A stretch of 63,748 bases of DNA, filler included, from Nemertoderma westbladi (lineage: Eukaryota; Animalia; Xenacoelomorpha), in the NCBI GenBank assembly GCA_032718475.1. It is 3 parts of 3 records of this genome, joined end to end, with 100 filler letters (N's around TTAATTAATTAA, not from the genome) between each part and the next. Parts side by side here need not be neighbours in the genome. Positions count along the whole stretch, not along the records: positions 48,345 to 63,748 come from JAUCBJ010001597.1; 2 more parts are not named here. One strand, given 5' to 3'. Below are positions 61,673 to 63,748 of the stretch, piece after piece; the first letter of the stretch is position 1, and each line of letters opens with the position of its first letter. The notes below the pieces were generated by a model. It saw nothing but the letters and a program-made list of their open reading frames with translations. It did no database searches and had not been told where the DNA came from. The position numbers were made by a program, and so were the translations under genes.

Positions 61673-63748
61673 CGGTGTGCCAATAATGTATGTAATTGTG
61701 TTGCCAATAGTAATAATGATTGTATGACTTATAGTTATATCTACTTAATATAGTTATGACTTATAGTGGATACCGGTATATGCTGTGCTGTAGGTGTTTT
61801 TGATATGATATTTTTTTCTTTAGAAGATACGCCGCCTCCTTGTAAGATGCCATTGCAAGTTATGTTATAAATTGTGTAGATTAAGGGTGTCACTATCAGA
61901 CCAGATTAAAATAGCTAAACATGAGAGTTTTCAATTACGGTTTGTGGTTTGGTTCCATGTTTCGACATTGAGTAGCAGTAACTAAAACACCAACTAATTA
62001 ACTACTCCACTAATTATGTCATTTATTTTTCGCATAAAGGAAAAGGGGGGGGGGACTTTTGACGCAATCAAAATTCATCCCTCTCCAGGGGAAAATCAAC
62101 ACAAATAACAAATAAAACTCAAAATAATAAAACTGTACTACTGTAACTTGTTTCTATTGACTTTCGTTTGTTGTTTTGGTTGAAATAACGTGCCACTAAA
62201 ACCTTTTGGCCCATGTGAAGTATACCAGAATTTCTGTCGTTATATTTCACTTTGCAGTTACCCTCATGTGAAGAATACCAGGTTTTCACCAAAAACACAG
62301 GTTACAGAACGGACTGAATCTAACCAAAACAATAAACAAATTAGTATATGTGCAGGTTATAAGACAGAAATAAGCGCTATAAATACATCTAAATAGCGCT
62401 AAAGATAAATTAAAAAAATAAAAAATCTTCATATATAAAATGCCAATAAAAAGTCGACCGAAAAGTGAAATCCTGATATTCTTCACATGGGCGAACCTTC
62501 TCCTTTCCCTAAATGGATAATTTAGCATTGAGGAGAGAAATTATTTCGCCGGGATGGGATTTGCGTCAAGTTCCCCCCACCGCCCCACCCCTCACTATAT
62601 ATTTGGTGAGCCGTAATACACAGGTTTCCTCTTTACTTACGATGTTTGTTATTAGGTACCGTTACAAGGTACTCGTATTTATGTGAGTCCAGTACAAAGT
62701 GCATTAATTATTTTTTATTATAAATTTTCAACAAGAGCACAGGTAATTATTTTCTCATATAATTAAGCATATTAATTTTACAATACAATGTGTTTTGCAA
62801 CAGGTATTGACACGATTTTAGATGTAAATGAATTATAAATCACTCAGATTTTAGTTTTTTTTATATCAAATTTAGAAATAAAATAACTTTATGTCAGTAG
62901 GCCTACAAATACATTGTAATTTAACGAATTTACTCTACTCTATATAAAATAATTATTCGTTAATAGTTATTCGTATAGTAATATTTAGTATAGTTATTCG
63001 TTAAGTACATCTAAGTATAACATTAGGAACACGACCCCAGTATAATTATAACCGTTTGGTGATAGCTCAAGGTTCTTACTCGACGCATAATATGTTTAGC
63101 TCTGTTCGCAAAAAAAGACCGGCCAATAGTCATAAATTAGCATTCTATATAATATACTCGTTTTTAGTGTAGCTCTTGGTAGACAATGTGGCCCAAAATT
63201 GTTGGATTCAGAAATACAGTTAACTTGTTTCAGTATTAATTTCAGAAAAATAGGATATATTACCAAATTTACCAAAAGACAGCGAAAACTAAAATGTAAA
63301 ATTTTTTATGACTTTGTTAATATTAAAATAACAGCTCAAGTGCGGATATATCGTACTCGTTTTACTGTAAACTATTATAATTATACAGCCTGAGACATTC
63401 TAATAACATTTAAACAGCTAAAAACATATTTGGAGTTTTTTTTTGTCAACATCGCTCATCTTCTTAAGTACCTTTTGTATTGTTAAGTGTTTTCTTTTTG
63501 GTGAATGATTTGAGTTTGTGTGTTTATAAACTTATATTTTGTTATATTTGTGAAATAAATAAAACTGTTGGTAATTTTATTATGATTTATAGGAGAGTGA
63601 AATTTCACGAGGTTAATAAAAAATAGATTCATGATTTGAGAGTCTTGGTGAATAACTATATTAATAAGAAATTAAAGTATGTTTAAATTAATATCGTTTT
63701 CGACCAGACAGCCAGTCTGCATCAGACGATATGTAATTCACAATGTAT

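Overview
AT-rich, repeat-dense animal (invertebrate-like) nuclear DNA. It consists of three contigs joined by two artificial 100-bp spacers (44 N + TTAATTAATTAA + 44 N at 30987-31086 and 48245-48344). Host genes: an intron-free SMAD4/Medea, an intron-free TXNDC17 (TRP14), the 3' part of an anion-selective Cys-loop receptor, a 9-finger C2H2 zinc-finger gene with an early in-frame TGA, and a small Shisa-like single-pass membrane protein. The rest is mostly mobile DNA: four LINE copies (one with an intact 1173-aa ORF2), a Penelope-like element with a minimal hammerhead ribozyme downstream, a BEL/Pao-type LTR element with gag-protease but no visible RT/IN plus an extra zinc-knuckle ORF, a decayed Polinton/adintovirus fragment with two tandem minor-capsid (penton) genes, three non-autonomous DNA transposons with perfect 8-bp TSDs, two tRNA-derived SINEs each tied to a satellite array, and several other tandem repeats. 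Family assignments come from motifs recognised by eye; no database search was run.
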